Assembly (NCBI GenBank): GCA_030612265.1 | Contig: JAUWOE010000009.1 | Coordinates: 6,158-30,157 of the forward strand | Length of the DNA: 24,000 bases | Direction: 5' to 3' | Source: Promethearchaeum sp. | GTDB lineage: Archaea > Asgardarchaeota > Lokiarchaeia > Sigyniarchaeales > Promethearchaeaceae | Position numbers and translations under genes: made by a program | Part shown: piece by piece, positions 1 to 7,588 of the stretch | How the letters are laid out: each line of letters begins with the position of its first letter | How positions within the stretch are numbered: the stretch's first letter is position 1 | Notes under the pieces: generated by a model | Told to the model about the DNA's origin: nothing | What the model saw: the letters and a program-made list of their open reading frames with translations, nothing else | The model's database searches: none

Positions 1-1
1 T

Positions 2-544
2 AAAAGGTTTTATCGATTTCTTCATATCCCGATTCAGTCTGGAAGTAATAAAATATTAAAAAAAATGAAAAGAAATTATACGATTGAAGAAGCTGAAATA
101 ATTTTATTAAAATTGAAGGAATATGATAAATTGTTTAGAATTGGAACGGATATAATTGTTGGATTTCCTAGTGAATCAGAAGAAGATTTTGATCTATCAG
201 AAAATTTCATAAAAAAATGGAAACCTAGTATTTTAAATATATCAAAATATTCCGTAAGACCAAATACTGAAGCAAAAAAATATCATCAATTAAATTCCCA
301 AATTATAAAAAAGAGATCTAAGAAATTATCTATAGTTTTTTCTAATTACTCAGAAATTTTAAACAAAAAATGGGATGGATGGGAGGGTGATGTATTTTTT
401 AATGAACATCGAGAAAAGGTTCAATTTCCATATATGGGAAGAAATTTATATTACGTACCAGTATTAAGTAAAAATGCTGTTGTTGGACAAACAAAGAATA
501 TTAAAATTACTGGATATTTGAATCATTCCCTTATAGGTTATTAG
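2..544 (+). CDS. Radical-SAM methylthiotransferase (MiaB/MtaB, CDKAL1-like family), C-terminal part with TRAM-like domain; 5' end lies outside the window
   Basis: The frame is open from the window edge. Translation from nt 2 reads KRFYRFLHIPIQSGSNKILKKMKRNYT, matching the H-x-P-x-QSGS...L..M.R motif of this family. It continues ...IGTDIIVGFPSESEEDF and ends in a TRAM-like segment (WEGDVFF...GRNLYYVPV...GQTKNIKITG). Confidence 0.8.
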   Translation, partial: KRFYRFLHIPIQSGSNKILKKMKRNYTIEEAEIILLKLKEYDKLFRIGTDIIVGFPSESEEDFDLSENFIKKWKPSILNISKYSVRPNTEAKKYHQLNSQIIKKRSKKLSIVFSNYSEILNKKWDGWEGDVFFNEHREKVQFPYMGRNLYYVPVLSKNAVVGQTKNIKITGYLNHSLIGY

Positions 545-1559
545 TATTAAATAAAGGTTTAAGAATTTTTACATAATGGTCTCGAATTGAATATTCTGCT
601 ATTTTCATTGCATTTGAAGCAATTTTTTGAGTTAAAATTGATTTTGTTTCATAATCTTTTGCCAATAATTTATCTGCACAATAAACTGTTGCACTTGCTA
701 GAATAAAAGGGTTCCATGACCGTTTCCTTCCTTTATTAATGGTTTTTATTATAAATTTGCATTTATTTTCTAAAAGGTTTTTATAAACTATCATAGTCCA
801 AAGAGATTTTTTCTTTTGCATCCTATTTATAACTTCAGGTGAGTTTACAATCGAATTGATAAATCTTGCGATGAAATCTTCACTTTTATGAGGATGGTTT
901 TTCTTTTTTAGAAATTTCTGATATTCAATACTGTCTCTTATAATTAATCTTGGGCTAACTCTATGGCCCAACATGGTAAATATTTTGCATATTTCACGAA
1001 TACTAACTGGAGCATTAGAGCAAAATTCTCTCGAAGCATAAAAAATACAAAAACCAATTAATGAGATATGATTTCGAATGGATGGAGCTTTATGCTTAAT
1101 TGATTGATAATAATAGGCTGCATGATTCTTTACTATTGAAGATAGCCTTAAATATTTAGTTATATTATTTAATATTCTTAAAATTCTATAATCTGTTTCA
1201 TGATTTTTTATTTTTATTGGAAAAGTGTATGTTTTTAATTTTCTGAATTTCTTTTGATAATTTGATGAAATTACTTTATGTTTATAATCACTAAATACTT
1301 TTGTGGAGAAATAATCAATATGACTTCCTAGAGTACAAATATTATCAACAGTTTTTCCAATAGAAACAAATTGATCCCCTGTCGATAAATCTGAATTAAT
1401 TGTGTCATTAAATTGAAAGCTATCTACAAATAAAACAGAATCAATAACTAAACCGCAATTTACACAAACTCTTTCATGTCCATTTTGAATAAAATTAGCT
1501 TTACATTCTGGACAAATGTTTGAATTTTTCTGATTAATAAAATATTGGGATTGAAACAA
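531..1559 (-). CDS. tfb: Transcription initiation factor TFB (TFIIB-like), divergent paralogue
   Basis: N-terminal Zn ribbon CPEC-x12-CVNC followed by GLVIDS. Cyclin-fold-like repeats are present (NHAAYYYQSI...ISLIGFCIFYASREF...SIREICKIF). The only possible start is TTG at 1559, because an in-frame TGA lies three codons upstream and no later start precedes the Zn ribbon. Confidence 0.75.
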   Translation of the reverse strand: MFQSQYFINQKNSNICPECKANFIQNGHERVCVNCGLVIDSVLFVDSFQFNDTINSDLSTGDQFVSIGKTVDNICTLGSHIDYFSTKVFSDYKHKVISSNYQKKFRKLKTYTFPIKIKNHETDYRILRILNNITKYLRLSSIVKNHAAYYYQSIKHKAPSIRNHISLIGFCIFYASREFCSNAPVSIREICKIFTMLGHRVSPRLIIRDSIEYQKFLKKKNHPHKSEDFIARFINSIVNSPEVINRMQKKKSLWTMIVYKNLLENKCKFIIKTINKGRKRSWNPFILASATVYCADKLLAKDYETKSILTQKIASNAMKIAEYSIRDHYVKILKPLFNTNNL

Positions 1560-1754
1560 AAGAAATCACTTTAGATTTCTTTATCATTTTGTATTTAATT
1601 AAATTTTCAGACCTAAGTTTTTCTTTAATATTAAGTATTGTTTCATTAGTTGAATATATTATACTTACTCTTTGAGAGGTAACTGAAAATAAAAATTATC
1701 AGATTTCCCTGAAAATGTAGATCCTTTAATAATTTAAATTGAAAAAATCAATTA

Positions 1755-2918
1755 ATGGTTCAAAAAAGACCAACTATTTTAGACTTTCAAATTGAAAATC
1801 ATCTTATATACTATAAATTTCCAAAATTTTATGTGGGATTTTATTCTATTCGCATATATGCTACCAATATTATGGATTCTTTAACTAAAATATTAAAAAA
1901 AACCTTAAACAAAGAAAATATTTTTGGGGTAATTGATATATGCGGAGAAAATACCTTTTTATTTATTAAATTTAAAAATAAATCTATAAAAGCAATTTTG
2001 AATTATAAAAAAAGCATCTTAATGAGTTTATCTACAATAAAAAAAAAATTTTTTAAATTGCTGGCGGAGAAAGAATTGGAAAACTCTTTTTTTTATTTTG
2101 TTGATTTTAGTCAAATGAAGAATGTCCATATTTCAATTAATAAAAAAGAAAAATATATCTCCTTAATTGATTATAAAATTGCCATAGAACAAAATATTTT
2201 CAAATTTAAAGTTGAAAATTCCTTTTTTAAAGAAAATCGGATAAGACAATTAATATTGTTTTTTAGAACTATGAAAATCAAAGGATATTTCTTATTTTCT
2301 TATAAATCTGATGATTTTTTAAAATTATCTTTCATTTTAATATCAAATTCTTATGAAAAATTGATAAATTTTCTAAATTTTAATAAATCATTACCATTAA
2401 AATCGCATTTGAAATTAGTGGAAATCTCCAGATATGATTTTATTAATTTAATAAAAAGGAAACAACTTTCTAATTCATCTTTAATAGAAAATAGTGATTT
2501 TTATCATTATTTAAAAATTATTAATTCTACCAAGCAAATAAAACAAGATTTAAAGAAAAACGCAAATTTTGAAAAAATAAATAAAAAATCCCTTAGAAAA
2601 AAAATTATTACTATTTTAAACGAATTGTTAATTAGCTTTACAATTAACTCAAAATCTGATATTTTAATTAATCCCTTTAAAATACGAGTTTTAATTTTAG
2701 AAAATAATTTCAATTTGTTATTGAACTATTTTAGAAATCAAGAATATTACATAAATCATACAATTTTATTTTTTTCGATTAAAGATGAACAAAAAGCATT
2801 AATAGAAAACACGAGCATTAAGAAATTACAAAGAATTGAAATTTTTTCTAAAGATGATTTAGATTCATTTAGGTTTTTTTTAAATCAACGTAAAAATTTA
2901 GTATTAACCAATTTTTGA
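1755..2918 (+). CDS. Hypothetical protein (387 aa, Lys/Asn/Phe/Ile-rich), no recognisable domain
   Basis: Long ATG-initiated ORF in an otherwise stop-rich AT-rich context, divergent from tfb. I recognise no motifs. Confidence 0.5.
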   Translation: MVQKRPTILDFQIENHLIYYKFPKFYVGFYSIRIYATNIMDSLTKILKKTLNKENIFGVIDICGENTFLFIKFKNKSIKAILNYKKSILMSLSTIKKKFFKLLAEKELENSFFYFVDFSQMKNVHISINKKEKYISLIDYKIAIEQNIFKFKVENSFFKENRIRQLILFFRTMKIKGYFLFSYKSDDFLKLSFILISNSYEKLINFLNFNKSLPLKSHLKLVEISRYDFINLIKRKQLSNSSLIENSDFYHYLKIINSTKQIKQDLKKNANFEKINKKSLRKKIITILNELLISFTINSKSDILINPFKIRVLILENNFNLLLNYFRNQEYYINHTILFFSIKDEQKALIENTSIKKLQRIEIFSKDDLDSFRFFLNQRKNLVLTNF

Positions 2919-2989
2919 GCAATAAAAAAGGATGAAGGTTTTTTTATATTTTATGATAAAAAATAAAAACTTTCAAGAATTTATAGAAA

Positions 2990-3265
2990 TGATCGTGGGG
3001 ATTTAGGCAATCCCTTGAAGCCCTATATTGGGTGGAGCCATGCCTATAATGGACTGAAAAAACTTTGAAAATTTATGAATTAAATAAAAGAAATTATTTT
3101 ACTAGTCTATGAAACATTCGCTTTTTGAGATGGATTAGGTTAAAGCTTTTCCTGTAGAGAAAAAGTAATTAACTTAGAGGACAAAATCGGCTAGGCCAGG
3201 GATGGAGCAACCGTAAGTTCACTAATTCATGCACAATTAGTGGGGTGCTGAGACCCAAAATAATT
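2990..3265 (+). ncRNA. Signal recognition particle RNA (archaeal 7S/SRP RNA); S-domain core is secure, outer boundaries are uncertain
   Basis: This is a GC-rich island in AT-rich DNA.
- 3188-3213 reads CGGCT-AGG-CCA-GGGA-TGG-AGCA-ACCG. That is the universal SRP helix-8 apex: GNRA tetraloop GGGA, CCA/TGG closing pairs, the AGG/AGCA symmetric loop, and a CGG(C)T/ACCG stem.
- A long hairpin at 3135-3177 (TTAGGTTAA...TTAACTTAG) sits where helix 6 belongs.
- GGUGCUGA at 3244-3251 resembles the conserved helix-5 3' strand.
- The 5' hairpins (GGGAT-ttaGGCa-ATCCC and CCAT-GCCtata-ATGG) have complementary GGC/GCC loops, as in an Alu domain. Confidence 0.65.
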
Positions 3266-3378
3266 GAAGTTATCTGATAATTAGATCTAAGGAGTTGATC
3301 ATTTATTTTTATACATTTTTCTAGAACAAACTAATAAATAAAATTTTAATATAAATATTTTCCATGTAGATATCATTC

Positions 3379-3861
3379 ATGAAAAATATCGAAGTTGATC
3401 CAATTAATTTCCAATTAAAAATAAAAAATTCACAACTCCCATTAGTTTTACTACGACCTTATGATCTATTTGAATTTCATTTGTTATTGCACACAAATAT
3501 AGAAGATTCATTATATAAAATTGGGAGTTTAATTGGAGATTTCCTTTGGACATCTTTAGAACCAAAATTAAAAAAGAAGAATTTTGAATCACAGATAAAA
3601 CATCTTATAGATTTATTGTATCAATTAGGTTTCGGAAAATTATTTTTTACGAAAAAAAAAGAAATTATTAATATTTCTATCAATTCCCTCATACTATGGA
3701 TTAAATATCCCTCAGATATTTCATTGAAATCAATTGCCAATTTCTATTTTGGTCTTATTCAATATTTTTTTAAAGAGAATAAAATAATTGATAAGGAAAA
3801 ATATGATATAAATCATGAGAAGAATAACTTTAAATTATATTTCCATATAAAGAAAGGATGA
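3379..3861 (+). CDS. V4R-like domain protein (cysteine-less variant)
   Basis: The pattern matches V4R: PLVLLRPYDLFEFHLLL...SLYKIGSLIGDFLWTSL...LIDLLYQLGFGKLFF...INISINS. It lacks the C-terminal Cys triad. Its stop overlaps the next start (ATGA at 3858-3861). Confidence 0.55.
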   Translation: MKNIEVDPINFQLKIKNSQLPLVLLRPYDLFEFHLLLHTNIEDSLYKIGSLIGDFLWTSLEPKLKKKNFESQIKHLIDLLYQLGFGKLFFTKKKEIINISINSLILWIKYPSDISLKSIANFYFGLIQYFFKENKIIDKEKYDINHEKNNFKLYFHIKKG

Positions 3862-4343
3862 AAATGAAAGAACTTATAAATAAAGATGACGGTTTATCTT
3901 TTTGTGAAGAAAATATTATCCTGGTCCCTGTGGATATCATTTCCTCCCTTGGATCAATTTTTAATACTGGCTCAAAACCTATTATTCAATATTTAGGAAA
4001 GAATTTTGGTAGATTTCTTGCTGAAAAATGTGATTCTCAATATGAAACTAAAGATCTTAAAAAATTTTCAAATAATTTTCTTAAAATGGCAAGTATAACA
4101 GGTTGGGGAAAGTTTACATTAATATTTTTGAATGATGAAGAAATAACAATAAAATTGTACAATAATATCGCAACTTTTAATAAACAAGAGAAAAAATTTA
4201 TCTGTTCTTATATTCTTGGACTTCTAAAAGGTTTCGGAGAATATATAATGAAAAATGTAAATGTATTAGAAACAAAGTGTTCAATTGAGAACCCTAACAA
4301 TCAATATTGTGAATTTCTGATAAAAAAAAAAATTAAACTATAG
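3858..4343 (+). CDS. V4R (4-vinyl reductase / TRAPP Bet3-like) domain protein
   Basis: Motifs: IILVPVDIISSLGSIF...IIQYLGKNFGRFLAEK...ITGWGKFTLIF...ITIKLYNN. The V4R Cys pattern is present as C116...ETKC141-x9-C151EF (CSYILGLLKGFGEY...ETKCSIENPNNQYCEFLI). Confidence 0.7.
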   Translation: MKMKELINKDDGLSFCEENIILVPVDIISSLGSIFNTGSKPIIQYLGKNFGRFLAEKCDSQYETKDLKKFSNNFLKMASITGWGKFTLIFLNDEEITIKLYNNIATFNKQEKKFICSYILGLLKGFGEYIMKNVNVLETKCSIENPNNQYCEFLIKKKIKL

Positions 4344-4350
4344 ATTTATT

Positions 4351-4725
4351 TTATATTAAATCCATTAATGTAAAAAAGAAATTTATTATTAATAACGTTA
4401 AACTCAAAATTTTAAAAATTTTTACTTGAATTTCGATTTCAATGATTATTCCAAGATATTCTAAAGAAACTTCAGTAATTCCTTGGAAATTTAGCATTAA
4501 ATCTAAAAAATAATTTATATTATATGAAATTTCTTCACTAATTTGAAAAATTAAAAGGGTACATCCAATTTCAATCATAAAGATCATCATTTTTGGAAGA
4601 AAATCTGGTAAAATTAGAATAAAAAAACTTAAAATCACTATTATTAAGAAAACAGATGTGATTAAAACGATTTTTTTGTCAGTTTCAAAAAAAAATATTG
4701 ATAGAAATTCAATATTTTGAATCAA
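4351..4725 (-). CDS. Small hydrophobic (about 3 TM) protein, last gene of the GTPase operon
   Basis: TTG start lies 6 nt after the mglA-like stop, with AGGT upstream. Hydrophobic segments include IVLITSVFLIIVILSFFILIL, MMIFMIEIGCTLLIF and ILSLTLLIINFFFTL. No homology recognised. Confidence 0.4.
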   Translation of the reverse strand: MIQNIEFLSIFFFETDKKIVLITSVFLIIVILSFFILILPDFLPKMMIFMIEIGCTLLIFQISEEISYNINYFLDLMLNFQGITEVSLEYLGIIIEIEIQVKIFKILSLTLLIINFFFTLMDLI

Positions 4726-4731
4726 TTTAAT

Positions 4732-5304
4732 CTACCTGATGATAATAGATGGAAAGATTAATGATATTATACTTTTGAATGTTTCTGTCACTCCTTTTCC
4801 TGAGAGTGCAATTGTTTCAATTATTTGGGATGTATTAAATTTATTTAACTCGTATTTGTTTAACACTTCATTAATATCTATAATATCGGGTAAATCTCTT
4901 TTATTTAAAGATAATACTATCGGGATTTTAAAAACATTTTCTGCAAAATAATAATTTAATTCTTTCCAAGATTGATAGTTATCATCAAAATATTTTCTTT
5001 GGGAATCTATAACAAAAACAATCCCATCAGTTCCAGATAAAGTAGCAGGTCTTGTAGATGCATAAAAATCTTGCCCAGTTGCAGAATATAATAAAATTTT
5101 TACCATCCATTCACCACCAATCATTTGTAATGTACCAAAATCAAAAAATAAAGTCCTCCCGGTTGTAGTTTCTATGGATGTAAGTTCTCCATTTTTTCCA
5201 AATTTATTAAATAAGCTTTTCAAACTAGTTGTTTTCCCTGATAAAGCACAGCCATAATATACAATTTTAATCTGGATCAATTTTGTTTTATAATTAACAA
5301 TCAT
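4732..5304 (-). CDS. mglA: MglA-family small Ras-like GTPase
   Basis: - N-terminus and G1: NYKTKLIQIKIVYYGCALSGKTT (compare MglA INY...KIVYYGPGLSGKTT).
- Switch I: GRTLFFDFG.
- G3: LLYSATGQDFY, with Ser in place of the canonical Asp as in MglA TVPGQ.
- G4: NKRDL. G5: ALSGKG.
- I prefer the ATG at 5304, which lies 4 nt after the upstream stop with GGGGT upstream. The ORF-track start at 5328 is a TTG. Confidence 0.85.
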   Translation of the reverse strand: MIVNYKTKLIQIKIVYYGCALSGKTTSLKSLFNKFGKNGELTSIETTTGRTLFFDFGTLQMIGGEWMVKILLYSATGQDFYASTRPATLSGTDGIVFVIDSQRKYFDDNYQSWKELNYYFAENVFKIPIVLSLNKRDLPDIIDINEVLNKYELNKFNTSQIIETIALSGKGVTETFKSIISLIFPSIIIR

Positions 5305-5308
5305 TTTT

Positions 5309-6208
5309 TTAACCCCATAGACTTTCAAACGTATCTGTAAAATTTGATGATTTTTTTGAATTCAAAAATGTCTTAAAATCCATATTCCATTCTTGCATTA
5401 TAAAATTTAAAATTCTTTCAATTGAAGATTGATTATATGCGATTGTAGAAAATAAAGTCTTACTAGAAATGTTTGTAGGATAACCTAAAACTTCTAAATT
5501 CTTCATACGAGATAAAATATTCAAAGTTCTTTTAGATGCCAAATAAAAATCCGATATTTCCTTTTTTATGATGTTTTCCTTTAATTCCATCTCTTCAAAA
5601 TAAAAATTCATTATATTTTCGTATTGTTCATTTAAAATTTTTTTTGTATTTATCCTTTTAGAGATAATTCTTTTCATTTTTTCAATTGCGACTTCCGTAT
5701 GATTTATTGCATTCTGATATAATGATTTTTCAAATGAAATATCCAATTTAATACCGTTATTCCCTTCTTTTATAGGTTTTAAAGTATTTTTATGAATATT
5801 GATGAGTAAGAATTGAGAACTTGCCCTATTTAAAACCTTAAATAATTTATTTAGAGTAGGTCTATTTTCGACATTATTAGTGCATCCAATAATCCAAAAA
5901 TTAAAATTGCTAAATAAGCTAATTGCTTTTTCTAAAGCAAAAGGATAACAGAGAAAAACATTTCTCTGAATTTCCATGTCATACTCTTCAGATTCAAGTA
6001 AATTATTATAATCATCAAGATCAACAAAATCTGTATAAAATATCATGATATTGCGGAATGATATTAGATTTGTTAATCCATTTATTATATTTTCCACATC
6101 TTCTTCATTTGAACTAATGATCACTATTGGGATCCTATCTAAAAGACAATGTAAGATTAATGCGATGTCTTCATTTTTTGAGCTTGTAAACAATTCAATT
6201 AGGTTCAT
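5309..6208 (-). CDS. Hypothetical protein between the Roadblock and MglA genes; N-terminal alpha/beta half with core-DENN-like motifs and a helical C-terminal half (assignment tentative)
   Basis: ATG with AAGGAGA Shine-Dalgarno upstream. It is tightly packed in the operon (17 nt after the Roadblock gene, 4 nt before mglA). ALILHCLLDRIPIVIISSNEEDVENIINGLTNLI resembles the DENN-core consensus LL-E-R-R-hhhh-SS-x-L-S-x-L-x(6)-L; YPFAL and FWIIGC follow later. Confidence 0.7.
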   Translation of the reverse strand: MNLIELFTSSKNEDIALILHCLLDRIPIVIISSNEEDVENIINGLTNLISFRNIMIFYTDFVDLDDYNNLLESEEYDMEIQRNVFLCYPFALEKAISLFSNFNFWIIGCTNNVENRPTLNKLFKVLNRASSQFLLINIHKNTLKPIKEGNNGIKLDISFEKSLYQNAINHTEVAIEKMKRIISKRINTKKILNEQYENIMNFYFEEMELKENIIKKEISDFYLASKRTLNILSRMKNLEVLGYPTNISSKTLFSTIAYNQSSIERILNFIMQEWNMDFKTFLNSKKSSNFTDTFESLWG

Positions 6209-6225
6209 ATAAATTATCTCCTTAT

Positions 6226-7230
6226 TTAAAAAATTAATTCTGTAAACATCTTCTCTAAATTTAGATTTTCAGGATTTATTTCGTACTTTCGAGCTTCTTC
6301 CAATACAGTAGTAATTTTTTTACAGTATCTTGGTATGATTAACCGAAGTAAGCCTAGTTTCTGCCTCCCTTTACCAATTTCAATGGAAAATATATTTGAA
6401 TCAACCTTATTAATAAATTGAAATTTATCAACACATTCTAATAGGATTGAATTCACATGCATTTTTTTTAATAACCAAGCACATTTATCTGCTGTTTTAA
6501 AAAGTGAATACCCCATTGTAGCTTCAGAATCTAATTTATTTTGATCTATTTTTGATTGAGGATAGCTAGAAACAACAAAACCACCCTCAATTGAAATGTA
6601 AGATTTAATTAGGTCAAGGGTTTGATTACCAAGATCCCGTAGAATGTTATCTAATTCCAAATATATTCTTGGAGGGATATTTAAGGAAAATAATTGTATT
6701 TTTTCATTTTTTTTTATATCTTCTCTAACATCTGAGGCTCCGATAATTTCATCTATGTTTTTTTTTGAAAAATGCCGTAAAGGTGGTTTAAATGTTTCCC
6801 CAGAAAGAATCAGGGATTTTTTTATTTCAATTAAACTATTACGAGTTTTTAGAAATATCCCTCCTAAATTTATCATATTTTGAGCAGAGATAGCAATAAA
6901 GAAATCATTATCATTTCCTTGTAAACCCTGTGCTCGAATAATTTTGTTTAGAGTTGGACTCCCGTAATTCTTCAGTGGAAATAATAAAATTTTTCCTTTA
7001 TTCCCTTCAATTAAAATATATTTTAAATTTTGCTTATGAAGTTCAATTCCGCAATTATAAATAGCAGATGTAGCTGCAGATATACTGAAAATCTCATCTT
7101 TTGAAAACCAAATTCCAGTGTAATGAATTGGATTTCCATCTCTTTGCGTTAAAACAACATTTTCAACGCCTCTTGTAGCTTTTATTTTCTCAAGATTTCT
7201 CTTTACTTCATCTTGGAGTTTAATTATAAT
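6226..7230 (-). CDS. Tandem Roadblock/LC7 (MglB-like) protein; the true start is upstream of the ATG at 6876
   Basis: - The ORF-track product (6226-6876) contains a Roadblock domain (ISIEGGFVVSS...ATMGYSLFKTADKCAWLL...ILLECVDKFQFINKV...).
- The same frame stays open to 7230 and encodes a second complete Roadblock domain: IIIKLQDEVKRNLEKIKATRGVENVVLTQRDGNPIHYTG...EIFSISAATSAIYNCG...YILIEGNKGKILLFPL...FFIAISAQNMINLGG.
- The ATG at 6876 therefore falls inside that domain.
- GGGTGA (SD-like) and TTTAAATA (TATA-like) lie upstream of 7230. Confidence 0.7.
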   Translation of the reverse strand: MIIKLQDEVKRNLEKIKATRGVENVVLTQRDGNPIHYTGIWFSKDEIFSISAATSAIYNCGIELHKQNLKYILIEGNKGKILLFPLKNYGSPTLNKIIRAQGLQGNDNDFFIAISAQNMINLGGIFLKTRNSLIEIKKSLILSGETFKPPLRHFSKKNIDEIIGASDVREDIKKNEKIQLFSLNIPPRIYLELDNILRDLGNQTLDLIKSYISIEGGFVVSSYPQSKIDQNKLDSEATMGYSLFKTADKCAWLLKKMHVNSILLECVDKFQFINKVDSNIFSIEIGKGRQKLGLLRLIIPRYCKKITTVLEEARKYEINPENLNLEKMFTELIF

Positions 7231-7588
7231 TCACCCATTCGATTAATTGGTTAAAAAACTCCATAATTATATTTAAACATCTAAAAAAAAAACAAAAATT
7301 CTGAATTATGTTGAAAATTTAGATTATTTATTCCAAACAATAGATAAATGTGACGTTTTTAACTATATTTTAAAAATTTAAGCCTAAATTGAAACTTAAA
7401 GAAATAAAGTCTTATTTTAAATATCAACATTAATAAATTTTTTCCTTCTTATTCCTTCAGTTTGCAAAGATATTTCTAAAAATTTAAATGATATTGCGTT
7501 CCAATAATTTTATTTACTTTTCAATTGAAATATCAAAATTTAATAAGGAAGAAAACGCACTGACTTTTACACTCTAAGATTCGATATG

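Noticed and set aside
3175-3200. ACAAAATCGGCTA resembles the RNase P RNA CR-V/P4 3' strand (ACAGAAcCCGGCUUA)
   Set aside because: No GAGGAAAGUCC-type CR-I partner is present. The adjacent sequence forms the diagnostic SRP helix-8 GNRA/AGCA motif, so SRP RNA is the better call.
5305-5328. Longer N-terminal extensions offered by the ORF track for mglA (5328), the PfkB kinase (21049), RPA (22781) and the OBG GTPase (11039)
   Set aside because: The 5328 and 22781 starts are TTG codons that precede a well-placed ATG. The extensions (MKVYGVKK, MIFEKFFSLNCIMIFKSSNLFFL, MLKEYFLVKN) have no counterpart in the respective families and create gene overlaps. The 11039 and 11012 starts remain genuinely ambiguous.
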